Source: Verrucomicrobiota bacterium
GTDB taxonomy: Bacteria; Verrucomicrobiota; Verrucomicrobiia; Chthoniobacterales; UBA6821
Direction of reading: 5' to 3'
Length of the DNA stretch: 32,000 bases
NCBI GenBank assembly: GCA_008932965.1
Contig: WBXG01000014.1
Coordinates: 1 to 32,000 of the forward strand
Shown piece by piece: positions 10,229-18,037 of the stretch; within the stretch, counting starts at the first letter, position 1; every line of letters begins with the position of its first letter. Below the pieces are notes generated by a model. It was not told the origin of the DNA. It worked only from the letters and a program-made list of their open reading frames with translations, and made no database searches. The translations under genes and the position numbers were made by a program.

Positions 10229-11011
10229 TTATTGAATTTTCTTGAGGTGTCGTTTCTTCAAACATTCTATGACATCAAAAAAATCACTATTGCACGCTTG
10301 CAAAAGCACAAGCATGTGAAAGAGCAGATCTGCTGTTTCATTAATGAGCTCGTGAGGTTTTTTACCTACGGCCGCAATAACGGTTTCTACTGCTTCTTCT
10401 CCCACTTTTTGAGCACAACGCTCTCTCCCCTCATTCAACAATTGAGTTGTATACCGAATCGGATCCGCCCCAGCCGTAGCACGCTCGGCAATGGTGGTGA
10501 TTAAGGTTTTTATAAATCCAAGATCCGTAGAGACCGGAGGCTGAAAGCAACTGGAATATCCCAAATGACAGGCGGGTCCTTTTGGCAAGACGAGCACAAG
10601 CAAAACATCATGATCACAATCCGTTCGAATAGATTGCACCTCCATACTATTGCCTGAGGTATCACCTTTGCGCCAAAGGGATTGTTTGCTACGACTCAAG
10701 AAGGTGACTTTTCGTGTGCTTACAGTTTGAACATACGCTTCTTGATTCATGTATCCTAACATTAAGACATCTCCTGTTTGTGCATGCTGAACAATTGCTG
10801 GAAGCAATCCTTTCATTTTTTCCCAATCTAATAGACTACTTTCACATTCTAGTGCAGCTGTGGTGAACTCAGAGGAACCAGCATGTCTCTCTTCGAGCAC
10901 CTCTTGTTCACTATGGGAATAAGCTTCTAAATTTCCCTCTTTTATATCAGCGGTAGCAACGTTGAAACTAGGTTCTCGTTGATCGACTATTGGCTTAGAT
11001 ATAATTTTCAT
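10229..11011 (-). CDS. hisIE: Bifunctional phosphoribosyl-AMP cyclohydrolase / phosphoribosyl-ATP pyrophosphatase
   Basis: 260-aa ORF. The HisI part is 'LLPAIVQHAQTGDVLMLGYMNQEA...SRSKQSLWRKGDTSGN...DCDHDVLL'. The HisE part is 'AQKVGEEAVETVIAA...ETADLLFHMLVLL'. It has a non-homologous N-terminal extension of about 60 aa, and an internal start (M66) is possible. Confidence 0.88.
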   Translation of the reverse strand: MKIISKPIVDQREPSFNVATADIKEGNLEAYSHSEQEVLEERHAGSSEFTTAALECESSLLDWEKMKGLLPAIVQHAQTGDVLMLGYMNQEAYVQTVSTRKVTFLSRSKQSLWRKGDTSGNSMEVQSIRTDCDHDVLLVLVLPKGPACHLGYSSCFQPPVSTDLGFIKTLITTIAERATAGADPIRYTTQLLNEGRERCAQKVGEEAVETVIAAVGKKPHELINETADLLFHMLVLLQACNSDFFDVIECLKKRHLKKIQ

Positions 11012-11017
11012 ATTTTT

Positions 11018-11788
11018 TTAGGAAGTTCTTACCTCAATATTATTTTCAACAAGAGTTTGTTTTACGTTACTGATACTGAGAATACGATCATGAAAAATAG
11101 TAGCTGCCAAAGCTCCATCAGCTCCTGTTTTTTGAAAGACATCGACAAAATCACTGCATTTCCCTGCCCCACCAGAAGCAATAAGAGGAACTGTTGTGAT
11201 GGCTCGCATATATTTTAATTGCTCTAGATCATAACCATGAAGCACCCCATCTGACTGCATACAATTGAGCACAATTTCTCCTGCTCCACGCTCTTGCACC
11301 TCAACCACCCAATCTTTTGTCTTACGCCTTGAGTTTTGAGAGGTGGCCTCATTTCCTGTGTATTGAAAAACGTAGAAATCATCCTCTATCCATCGACTGT
11401 CGATGCCCACCACCACACACTGAGCACCAAAAGCTGCACTAAGTTGATTAATGAGACTAGGGTTTTCTAATGCTGGGCTATTGAGCGATATTTTATCAGC
11501 ACCCGCATTTAAAAGGGCTCGTGCCTTTTCAAGAGAGCGAATACCACCTGCTACGGTAAATGGAATGTTGATAGCAGCAGCTACCTGATTCATCCAAGTA
11601 ACGCTTACAGAACGCTGATCACTGCTTGCAGTAATATCATAAAAAACTAATTCATCTGCTCCTTCGTTAGCATAAAACTCAGCAAGCGAGAGAATATCTC
11701 CCACAATGCGGTGATTACGAAACTGAACGCCTTTGACCACTTTTTGATCTAGGACATCAAGGCAAGGAATAATTCGTTTTGTAAGCAT
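11018..11788 (-). CDS. hisF: Imidazole glycerol phosphate synthase cyclase subunit
   Basis: 256-aa ORF. 'KRIIPCLDV', '[11 protein letters not shown]' and '[10 protein letters not shown]' are typical HisF (beta/alpha)8 motifs. Operon context supports the call. Confidence 0.96.
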   Translation of the reverse strand: MLTKRIIPCLDVLDQKVVKGVQFRNHRIVGDILSLAEFYANEGADELVFYDITASSDQRSVSVTWMNQVAAAINIPFTVAGGIRSLEKARALLNAGADKISLNSPALENPSLINQLSAAFGAQCVVVGIDSRWIEDDFYVFQYTGNEATSQNSRRKTKDWVVEVQERGAGEIVLNCMQSDGVLHGYDLEQLKYMRAITTVPLIASGGAGKCSDFVDVFQKTGADGALAATIFHDRILSISNVKQTLVENNIEVRTS

Positions 11789-12528
11789 TATCTTCTTGAT
11801 TGCTTTTCACTCTCAATAGCAGCTTTCAAATTGAAATGAGGATCATAGAGGACACGACCCAAAATGGCAGCGGCAACACCAACACGGGATAATTTTTTGA
11901 GATCCTCACGATCCCGTACACCTGCAGATGCCTGCCACTGTATGGTTGGAAAGCGACTTAACGCCTCCTCATACAAGGCTATATTAGGGCCTGAGAGCAT
12001 CCCATCCCGAGTAACATCAGTGCATAGAATAGTATCAATACCCCAATCTTGATAAAAAGAAACACGCTCCCACAAGGAATGTTTTGTTGCTGTTTGCCAC
12101 CCATGAATGACTATGTTAGGGAGTGTCTCTTCTATCCTCACATCTAAAGCCAAGATGACGCGCTGGGGCTTGGCTTCTTGAATAATTGTTATTGTTTCTT
12201 TGGGGTTACTAATGGCAATACTTCCAAGAACGATCCTCTCAATACCAGCATCAAGACAAGCTAAAGCGGTTTTAAAGTCACGGATACCTCCACCAACTTG
12301 AAGAGAGAGGCCCTCTGCTGTTAATCCTTTGATAAGCTCTAGCTGCTGCATGCTACCTTTCTTAGCTCCATCTAAATCGACAAGATGAAGATGGGTTGCA
12401 CCAGCCTGTGTATAGTTCGCAGCAAGAGTCATAGGATCCTTTTCATAAATAGAAACACGGTCAAACTGACCTTGTTCTAATCGAACACAGCGGCCATTCT
12501 GAAGATCAATTGCGGGAATAATAATCAT
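11788..12528 (-). CDS. hisA: ProFAR isomerase (1-(5-phosphoribosyl)-5-[(5-phosphoribosylamino)methylideneamino]imidazole-4-carboxamide isomerase)
   Basis: 246-aa ORF. '[15 protein letters not shown]', 'LHLVDLDGA' and 'LQVGGGIR'. It overlaps hisF by 1 nt and hisH by 4 nt. Confidence 0.95.
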   Translation of the reverse strand: MIIIPAIDLQNGRCVRLEQGQFDRVSIYEKDPMTLAANYTQAGATHLHLVDLDGAKKGSMQQLELIKGLTAEGLSLQVGGGIRDFKTALACLDAGIERIVLGSIAISNPKETITIIQEAKPQRVILALDVRIEETLPNIVIHGWQTATKHSLWERVSFYQDWGIDTILCTDVTRDGMLSGPNIALYEEALSRFPTIQWQASAGVRDREDLKKLSRVGVAAAILGRVLYDPHFNLKAAIESEKQSRR

Positions 12529-13121
12529 GAGCGTGTTAACCTTAAAAAATTATTCAATAAGGTCATTCCCACCAGTGCTGATTTTTCAGGGTGAAATTGC
12601 ACTCCGTAAATATGATCTTTTTGGACAACAGCAGTGAATTCTGTGCTGAAGTGACAGCGAGCAATGGTATTTTCGTGGGATAAAATTGCATAACTATGCA
12701 CAAAATAGAAGTGGTCATCATCCTTCAATCCTTGACTTAAAGGAGATTCCTCAAGCCACGTCATATTATTCCATCCCATGTGAGGAATGGAGAACCCTGG
12801 TACTGAAGGCAAGCGTTTAACCTGTCCTGAGAGCAAGCCTAGCCCTTTTTCATTCCCTTCTTCACTACTTTCAAAGAGGAGTTGCATTCCCACACAGATG
12901 CCTAATAAAGGTTGTCTTAGTCCACCAATAAGATCGATGAGATGATGTTTTTGTAAAGCTTGCATAGCAGCACCTACGGTTCCAACACCTGGTAAAATTA
13001 CATGACTGGCTCGCTCAATAGTTTTAGGATCATGGGTTAGGCAGGATTCAAATCCCAAGCGGTCTATCGCATTGGCAATAGAAGTGAGATTGTTCCCCGT
13101 AATATCAATAACAGCGATCAT
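12525..13121 (-). CDS. hisH: Imidazole glycerol phosphate synthase glutamine amidotransferase subunit
   Basis: 198-aa ORF. Class-I GATase catalytic '[10 protein letters not shown]' and 'VQFHPEKS'. Operon context supports the call. Confidence 0.95.
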   Translation of the reverse strand: MIAVIDITGNNLTSIANAIDRLGFESCLTHDPKTIERASHVILPGVGTVGAAMQALQKHHLIDLIGGLRQPLLGICVGMQLLFESSEEGNEKGLGLLSGQVKRLPSVPGFSIPHMGWNNMTWLEESPLSQGLKDDDHFYFVHSYAILSHENTIARCHFSTEFTAVVQKDHIYGVQFHPEKSALVGMTLLNNFLRLTRS

Positions 13122-14176
13122 AAAACCCCTTTCGTAGAGGGAAGTACTGTTCCCTGTACCATAGTAGCTTGACGCAGGGCACGCCCTAACGCTTTAAAAC
13201 AAGCCTCAATCATATGATGATTATTTGTTCCTTTTACTTGCACATGAATGGTGGCTCCTAAACTTGTTGCCAACGAATGAAAAAAATGGGGAATCATTTC
13301 CGTTGCGAGCCCCCCTACAAAATCACGTGTAAAATGCCCCTCAAAATGAGAGGAGCCGCGCCCTCCAATATCGATAGTCACGGTTGCCAATGCCTCATCC
13401 ATGGGTAGGGTGAATCCGTAACGTTGAATACCAACTTTGTTACCTAAAGCCTTTTTTAAAGCCTCTCCCAGTGTGATAGCGGTATCCTCGATAAGATGAT
13501 GTTCGTCAACCTCAACATCACCCTGTGCCTGTAGTTCCAGATAAAATCCAGCATGCTTGGCGATCTGTTCGAGCATATGAGTAAAAAATCCAACAGGAGT
13601 CTTAATACTACTTGGTTTTTCTGAATCTAAAAAAAGCGTTATGGTGATCTCGGTTTCATTGGTTTTACGCTTGATCGAAGCAGAACGATTGAGATGAAGA
13701 ATAACTGAAGCAACTTCCTTCCAATCTTGAGTGCTTGAAATGAGCAAGAATGGAATGTTCAGATTTTGAGCTAAAAGCCGATCTGTTTCACGATCACCGA
13801 TTACAAAAGAATGAGCATGATCTAATGGGTTATTTTTTAAAAATGTTTCTAGCAAGCCCACTTTTGGTTTACGGCAAGGACAATTTTCTTTTGGCAAGTG
13901 AGGACAAATAAAAATCTCCTTAAAGATAATCCCCTGCGATGCAAAAAGAGCTAAGAGAAAATCATGGCATTCTTGAAAGGCAGATTGAGGAAAACTAGAG
14001 GTCCCTAAACCATCTTGATTACTTACCATAATAAGCTCAAATCCCCCTTCTAATAAGGATCTCAGAGCTGGAATAACATAAGGAGAAAGTCGGATTTTAG
14101 AAAGAGCATCGACCTGATAGTCGCTGGGTTCTTCAATCAATGTCCCATCACGATCAATAAAAAGTATTTTTTTCAT
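13118..14176 (-). CDS. hisB: Bifunctional histidinol-phosphatase (HAD type) / imidazoleglycerol-phosphate dehydratase
   Basis: 352-aa ORF. The N-terminal HAD phosphatase has '[14 protein letters not shown]' and '[10 protein letters not shown]'. The C-terminal IGPD has '[15 protein letters not shown]' and '[17 protein letters not shown]'. Confidence 0.95.
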   Translation of the reverse strand: MKKILFIDRDGTLIEEPSDYQVDALSKIRLSPYVIPALRSLLEGGFELIMVSNQDGLGTSSFPQSAFQECHDFLLALFASQGIIFKEIFICPHLPKENCPCRKPKVGLLETFLKNNPLDHAHSFVIGDRETDRLLAQNLNIPFLLISSTQDWKEVASVILHLNRSASIKRKTNETEITITLFLDSEKPSSIKTPVGFFTHMLEQIAKHAGFYLELQAQGDVEVDEHHLIEDTAITLGEALKKALGNKVGIQRYGFTLPMDEALATVTIDIGGRGSSHFEGHFTRDFVGGLATEMIPHFFHSLATSLGATIHVQVKGTNNHHMIEACFKALGRALRQATMVQGTVLPSTKGVL

Positions 14177-14187
14177 GCAGTAGATTT

Positions 14188-15414
14188 TTAAAAATCAGGT
14201 TGAAACGAACGAAGAGCTAAAAGCAGAGCCTCATTTTGAAGGCGATCACCTACTGTGATTCTCAACTTATCGTCCAGGAGCGGATTCCCGTTATAATGAC
14301 GCACTAGAATGTTGTTCTTCTCCAACCAGCTACTCACGCTGTGCGCCTGTTTTGTTTTGAGAAAAATAAAATTAGCCTCACTGGGGTAAACTTTTTCGAC
14401 CCAGGAAAAAGTTCTTAAAGAAACCTGTAGTTCTTCACGAAACATCACAATATTTTCAACTGCTGTTTTAATCCAAGATGCATTTTTTAAAACGCGAAGG
14501 GCCCTTTCTATAACGAGACTAGAAAATGTAAAAGGAGGAGTAATACTCCTGAGGGCTTGTATTAAAGGAGCAGGACCTATCACACTGCCCAGTCGCAAGC
14601 CTGCTAAACCATAAGCCTTGGAGAGTGTTCTTAATACAAGCAGATTATCAAATGAGTTGATGAGTGATGTTGCACTTACCGTCTCAGTAGAGTTTGAATA
14701 TCGGTTCTGAGCAAATTCCACATAAGCTTCATCCACAACAATGATAGCGCGCCTCTCATATTTTTGACACAAACTAGCAATCGTTTCTAAATCGATAAGA
14801 TTACCCGTAGGATTATTGGGACTACAAAGCATGATGAGCTTACAATGCGGTTGCCAGAGCTGATCTAGGAGCTCGAGGTCTAGACTGAAATCCGTATCTT
14901 TGAGAGGACAGCAAATAACATTTGCCTGCTGCATCCGTGCATAAAAAGCGTACATCAAGAAAGCCGGAGGAAATTGCATGATACTATCGATGCCCGGTTG
15001 CAAAAAAAGACGCATGATAAAATCGATTCCCTCATCAGCACCTCGTGTCAGCAGGAGATTTTCAGGGTTTACGTAATAGATCTCGGCAAGCGCCTGTTCT
15101 AATTGTGACTGAGGTTCTAAGTCAGGGTAGCAGTTTAAAAACCTATTCTCACAGTCTACTGACGTAGCGAAGGGCTTTGTTGCTTCAGTGCTCGCTCCAT
15201 CGAGTACATTAAGCGTATTCTGTCGCTGTGCGCTCGATATTCCTTGCCCTTGATCAGCCACAGTAACCTTGAAAACAGGTTCTAGAAAAACAGAAAACTC
15301 CTCGGTGGGTATCCATGGTGATTCATTAAGGTGCAAACGAGTTTTCCCATGAGTAGGGGTAGTAATGTAGGTTGTCATGCCCACTAACTCAGGCCGTACT
15401 AAGTCAATACTCAT
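14188..15414 (-). CDS. hisC: Histidinol-phosphate aminotransferase, carrying an extra N-proximal insertion of about 45 aa
   Basis: 408-aa ORF. 'LNESPW', 'LNCYPD', '[16 protein letters not shown]', 'SPNNPTGN' and the PLP-lysine motif '[15 protein letters not shown]'. The start shares one nucleotide with the hisD stop. Confidence 0.93.
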   Translation of the reverse strand: MSIDLVRPELVGMTTYITTPTHGKTRLHLNESPWIPTEEFSVFLEPVFKVTVADQGQGISSAQRQNTLNVLDGASTEATKPFATSVDCENRFLNCYPDLEPQSQLEQALAEIYYVNPENLLLTRGADEGIDFIMRLFLQPGIDSIMQFPPAFLMYAFYARMQQANVICCPLKDTDFSLDLELLDQLWQPHCKLIMLCSPNNPTGNLIDLETIASLCQKYERRAIIVVDEAYVEFAQNRYSNSTETVSATSLINSFDNLLVLRTLSKAYGLAGLRLGSVIGPAPLIQALRSITPPFTFSSLVIERALRVLKNASWIKTAVENIVMFREELQVSLRTFSWVEKVYPSEANFIFLKTKQAHSVSSWLEKNNILVRHYNGNPLLDDKLRITVGDRLQNEALLLALRSFQPDF

Positions 15415-16892
15415 TATATTTTCTCCATGACTTGCAAGCGTTGCGAAATTGCATTGGCGTGTGCATCGAGACCTTCGAGCATAGCAAGGGTGCAGGCTGA
15501 TTTCCCTAACGTCCTTAATCCTTCCTCAGAGATAGATTGAACACACATCGATTTCATAAAATCCCCAGTTGATAAGCCGCTACGCTGACGTGCAAATCCA
15601 TATGTGGGTAGGATATGATTGCTGCCGGTAACGTAATCACCCAATGTTTCTGCAGCCCATGAGCCTAAGAAAATAGTTCCTGCAGCAGTAATGTGATCTA
15701 CCCAACTTGCAGCATCCACACATTGAATCATGAGATGCTCTGGTCCATAACGATTCACAATTTCAATCATTACGGATCGATCTTGGCAAATGAGGATAGC
15801 GCTATGTTGTAACGATTTTTTGATGAATTCTTGTCTCGTGAGATGTTGATATTGGTCGACTAAGGCCTGATGAACCGCTTCTGCAAAGAGAGGGTCTTCG
15901 CACAGTAGAAAAACTTGAGAATCGGCCCCATGCTCCGCCTGAGCTAGTAGATCAGCAGCCACAAAAAGAGGATTTGCTGAGGCATCTGCTAGGATCATCA
16001 CTTCGGAGGGACCTGCAGGCATGTCGATAGCTGCACCCTCAGGATCACTAGAAACCTGAACCTTTGCTTCGGTAACATAGGCATTACCGGGACCAAAAAT
16101 CTTATCTACTTTTGGGATGCTTTTTGTTCCATAAGCCATGGCAGCAATTGCTTGAGCCCCTCCAATTTTATAAACTTGTTTGATATCACACAAACGAGCA
16201 ACTACTAGGAGTACTGGATCAATTACTCCTTCTGCATTAGGTGGTGTGCACATGACACGCATAGGACACCCTGCAACCTTTGCTGGGAGTGCCTGCATGA
16301 GCAACGAAGAGACTAAAGGAGTCTTATTACCACCCGGAACATAGAAGCCTACTCGGCTAATAGGTCGATAAATCCGCTCTAGAAGGACTCCTGGAGCAGT
16401 TGAAATATGCTTATTCTCAGGCAGTGTTTCTTGATGGAAGTGGGTGATGTTTTTCACTGCTGTCATCACGGCTTCCATGGCCTGCGGAGAAATAGTAGCT
16501 GCAGCAATCTCCTTGGGAGAGACTTGCAGGCTCGCTAGCCCGGATATTTCATACTGATCGTGACGAGGAGGCCGCGGAGGCTGATGGGGTAAGGCAGGCG
16601 AGCATTTTGATGCAGGGCTGTATGTGTCCCTACTGCTCAAATCAAAATGTGAGTCTAACGCAGCATCCATCTGACTTCCCGGCTTCCGTAGTAGATCAGT
16701 ATGAAATATGCGGGCTAGGTCGATACCATCGAGCTCACGTGTCCATCGTAAGAGAGCTACGTCTCCCTCTTGTTGGACCGAGTGAATAATCTCAGTGACA
16801 CGTTTTTTAGCATCATGGTGCTGGGGAGGCCTTACTAAAAGCTCTTCTCTTCTGGAAGCAGAGAGGATCTGCCAGTTTTCAATACGCAACAT
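15414..16892 (-). CDS. hisD: Histidinol dehydrogenase interrupted in-frame by a 178-bp MITE (plus TA), adding 60 codons
   Basis: 492-aa ORF. HisD motifs are 'YVPGG', 'IGGAQAIAAMAYGT', 'GPGNAYVTEAK', 'AGPSEV', 'LAQAEHG' and 'GDYVTGSNHILPT'. Residues 60-119 are encoded by the repeat element. Removing them restores a canonical 'RELDGIDLA-SLQVSPKEIAAA' junction and a length of about 432 aa. Confidence 0.93.
   Translation of the reverse strand: MLRIENWQILSASRREELLVRPPQHHDAKKRVTEIIHSVQQEGDVALLRWTRELDGIDLARIFHTDLLRKPGSQMDAALDSHFDLSSRDTYSPASKCSPALPHQPPRPPRHDQYEISGLASLQVSPKEIAAATISPQAMEAVMTAVKNITHFHQETLPENKHISTAPGVLLERIYRPISRVGFYVPGGNKTPLVSSLLMQALPAKVAGCPMRVMCTPPNAEGVIDPVLLVVARLCDIKQVYKIGGAQAIAAMAYGTKSIPKVDKIFGPGNAYVTEAKVQVSSDPEGAAIDMPAGPSEVMILADASANPLFVAADLLAQAEHGADSQVFLLCEDPLFAEAVHQALVDQYQHLTRQEFIKKSLQHSAILICQDRSVMIEIVNRYGPEHLMIQCVDAASWVDHITAAGTIFLGSWAAETLGDYVTGSNHILPTYGFARQRSGLSTGDFMKSMCVQSISEEGLRTLGKSACTLAMLEGLDAHANAISQRLQVMEKI
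16538..16715 (+). mobile_element. MITE-like repeat, full 178-bp copy inserted within the hisD coding sequence
   Basis: 'C-TA|GCCCGGATATTTCATACTGATCGTGACG ... GTAGATCAGTATGAAATATGCGGGC|TA-G'. It has a terminal inverted repeat of about 22 bp, and TA (CTAG) on both flanks. It is about 95% identical to 1..129 over the shared part. Confidence 0.9.
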
Positions 16893-16919
16893 CTCGTGAA
16901 AGGTAAAAATTAGACTTCA

Positions 16920-17801
16920 TCACTCTAATATTTTTTCAATGGGCAAAATTAAAATAGAACTAGCCCCTAAGGATTGAATCGTTTCTAACGTTTTCCAAAA
17001 AACTCCTTCTGTAGAGACGACGTGAACTACCACTTTATCAGGATCTCCTGGAAGTGGAAGAACGGTTGGTGATTCAACACCAGGGAGCTGTTCGCAAATT
17101 TCCTTCAAGGCGCTTTTAGGAGCGTGAAAGGCAATATATTTACGCTTTGCAGCATGCTGCACAGCACTAATACGACGTGCCAGCATGTCGAATAAATCGT
17201 GTTGTTCAGGTGTGATAGCATGCTCTCCTCGAATCAGGCTTGCTTGACTCTCCAAAACTGTTTCCACAGGAATGAGTTTATTTTCTTCTAGGGTTTGACC
17301 ACTAGAAACCAAATCGCAGATAGCATCTGCCATCCCCATACGTGGAGCCACCTCCACAGAGCCTGAAAGAATCAGCGTTGGAGCAGAAACATGTTGTTTT
17401 TTTAAATACTCCGTTAAAAGCAGAGGATAACTTGTGGCAATGCGTTTTCCTTCTAAGCTGCTTGGACCCTTATAATTCATCCCTTCTGGTACAGCAATCA
17501 CCAAGCGACAATGAGCATTATCTAGCGTTAAAATACTTTGATATTTTTTATCAGGAAAGCGGAGTGATGCCTCCAGCAACACGTTAGTGCCAATAATCCC
17601 CCCATCACACAAACCATCAAAAACTAACGTAGGAATGTCATCATCACGCACAAAGAGAAGATCAATTGGGAAATTATTCACATGCGTTAGCAAGGCACTT
17701 TCTTTGACATGAAACTGAAGTCCACAACGCTCTAGAAGAGCTATTGAATCTTGAGCAAGGCGTCCTTTTTTTTGAAGAGCCAAGCGAAGTCGAGAGGGCA
17801 T
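16920..17801 (-). CDS. hisG: ATP phosphoribosyltransferase, long form with C-terminal regulatory domain
   Basis: 293-aa ORF. 'LRLALQKKGRL', 'DLLFVRDDDIPTLV', 'DAICDLVSSGQTLEENKL', and a C-terminal HisG-C domain. It is the first gene of the his operon. Confidence 0.94.
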   Translation of the reverse strand: MPSRLRLALQKKGRLAQDSIALLERCGLQFHVKESALLTHVNNFPIDLLFVRDDDIPTLVFDGLCDGGIIGTNVLLEASLRFPDKKYQSILTLDNAHCRLVIAVPEGMNYKGPSSLEGKRIATSYPLLLTEYLKKQHVSAPTLILSGSVEVAPRMGMADAICDLVSSGQTLEENKLIPVETVLESQASLIRGEHAITPEQHDLFDMLARRISAVQHAAKRKYIAFHAPKSALKEICEQLPGVESPTVLPLPGDPDKVVVHVVSTEGVFWKTLETIQSLGASSILILPIEKILE

Positions 17802-17879
17802 AAAATAGAAATTAGAATTTTTACTAGCGATAGAAGAGTTGATTCTTAAAGGAGAGTGATAGCTTGAGTCAATAGACTA

Positions 17880-18022
17880 ACCATACTATTTCATACTGAT
17901 TGTGACGAGTAGGTCGCGAAGGCTGTATGAGTCCCTACTTCCCGAGGAAGACTTCGAGCTTGGGCGCAACATCCACCCTTGCTTCCCGGCTTCTGCAGGT
18001 AATTGGTATGAAATATGCGAGC
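17880..18022 (+). mobile_element. MITE-like repeat, short (143 bp) variant between the uvrA stop and the hisG upstream region
   Basis: 'AC-TA|ACCATACTATTTCATACTGATTGTGACGAGTAGG ... CTTCCCGGCTTCTGCAGGTAATTGGTATGAAATATGCGAGC|TA-G'. It shares the internal 'GAGGAAGACTTCGAGCTTGGGCG' block with copies at 7778 and 20617. Confidence 0.85.
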
Positions 18023-18037
18023 TAGCAGGTGTGATTA

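Noticed and set aside
16607-16789. A 60-aa + strand ORF 'MMQGCMCPYCSNQ...' with a Cys-rich, zinc-ribbon-like look
   Set aside because: It is simply the open + frame of the MITE embedded in hisD, running on into antisense hisD sequence. The same sequence at 1..129 contains a stop, so it is not a conserved gene.
17802-17880. An enterobacterial-type his attenuator (leader peptide with consecutive His codons) upstream of hisG
   Set aside because: The - strand of this stretch has no short ORF with a CAC/CAT run and no obvious alternative hairpins.
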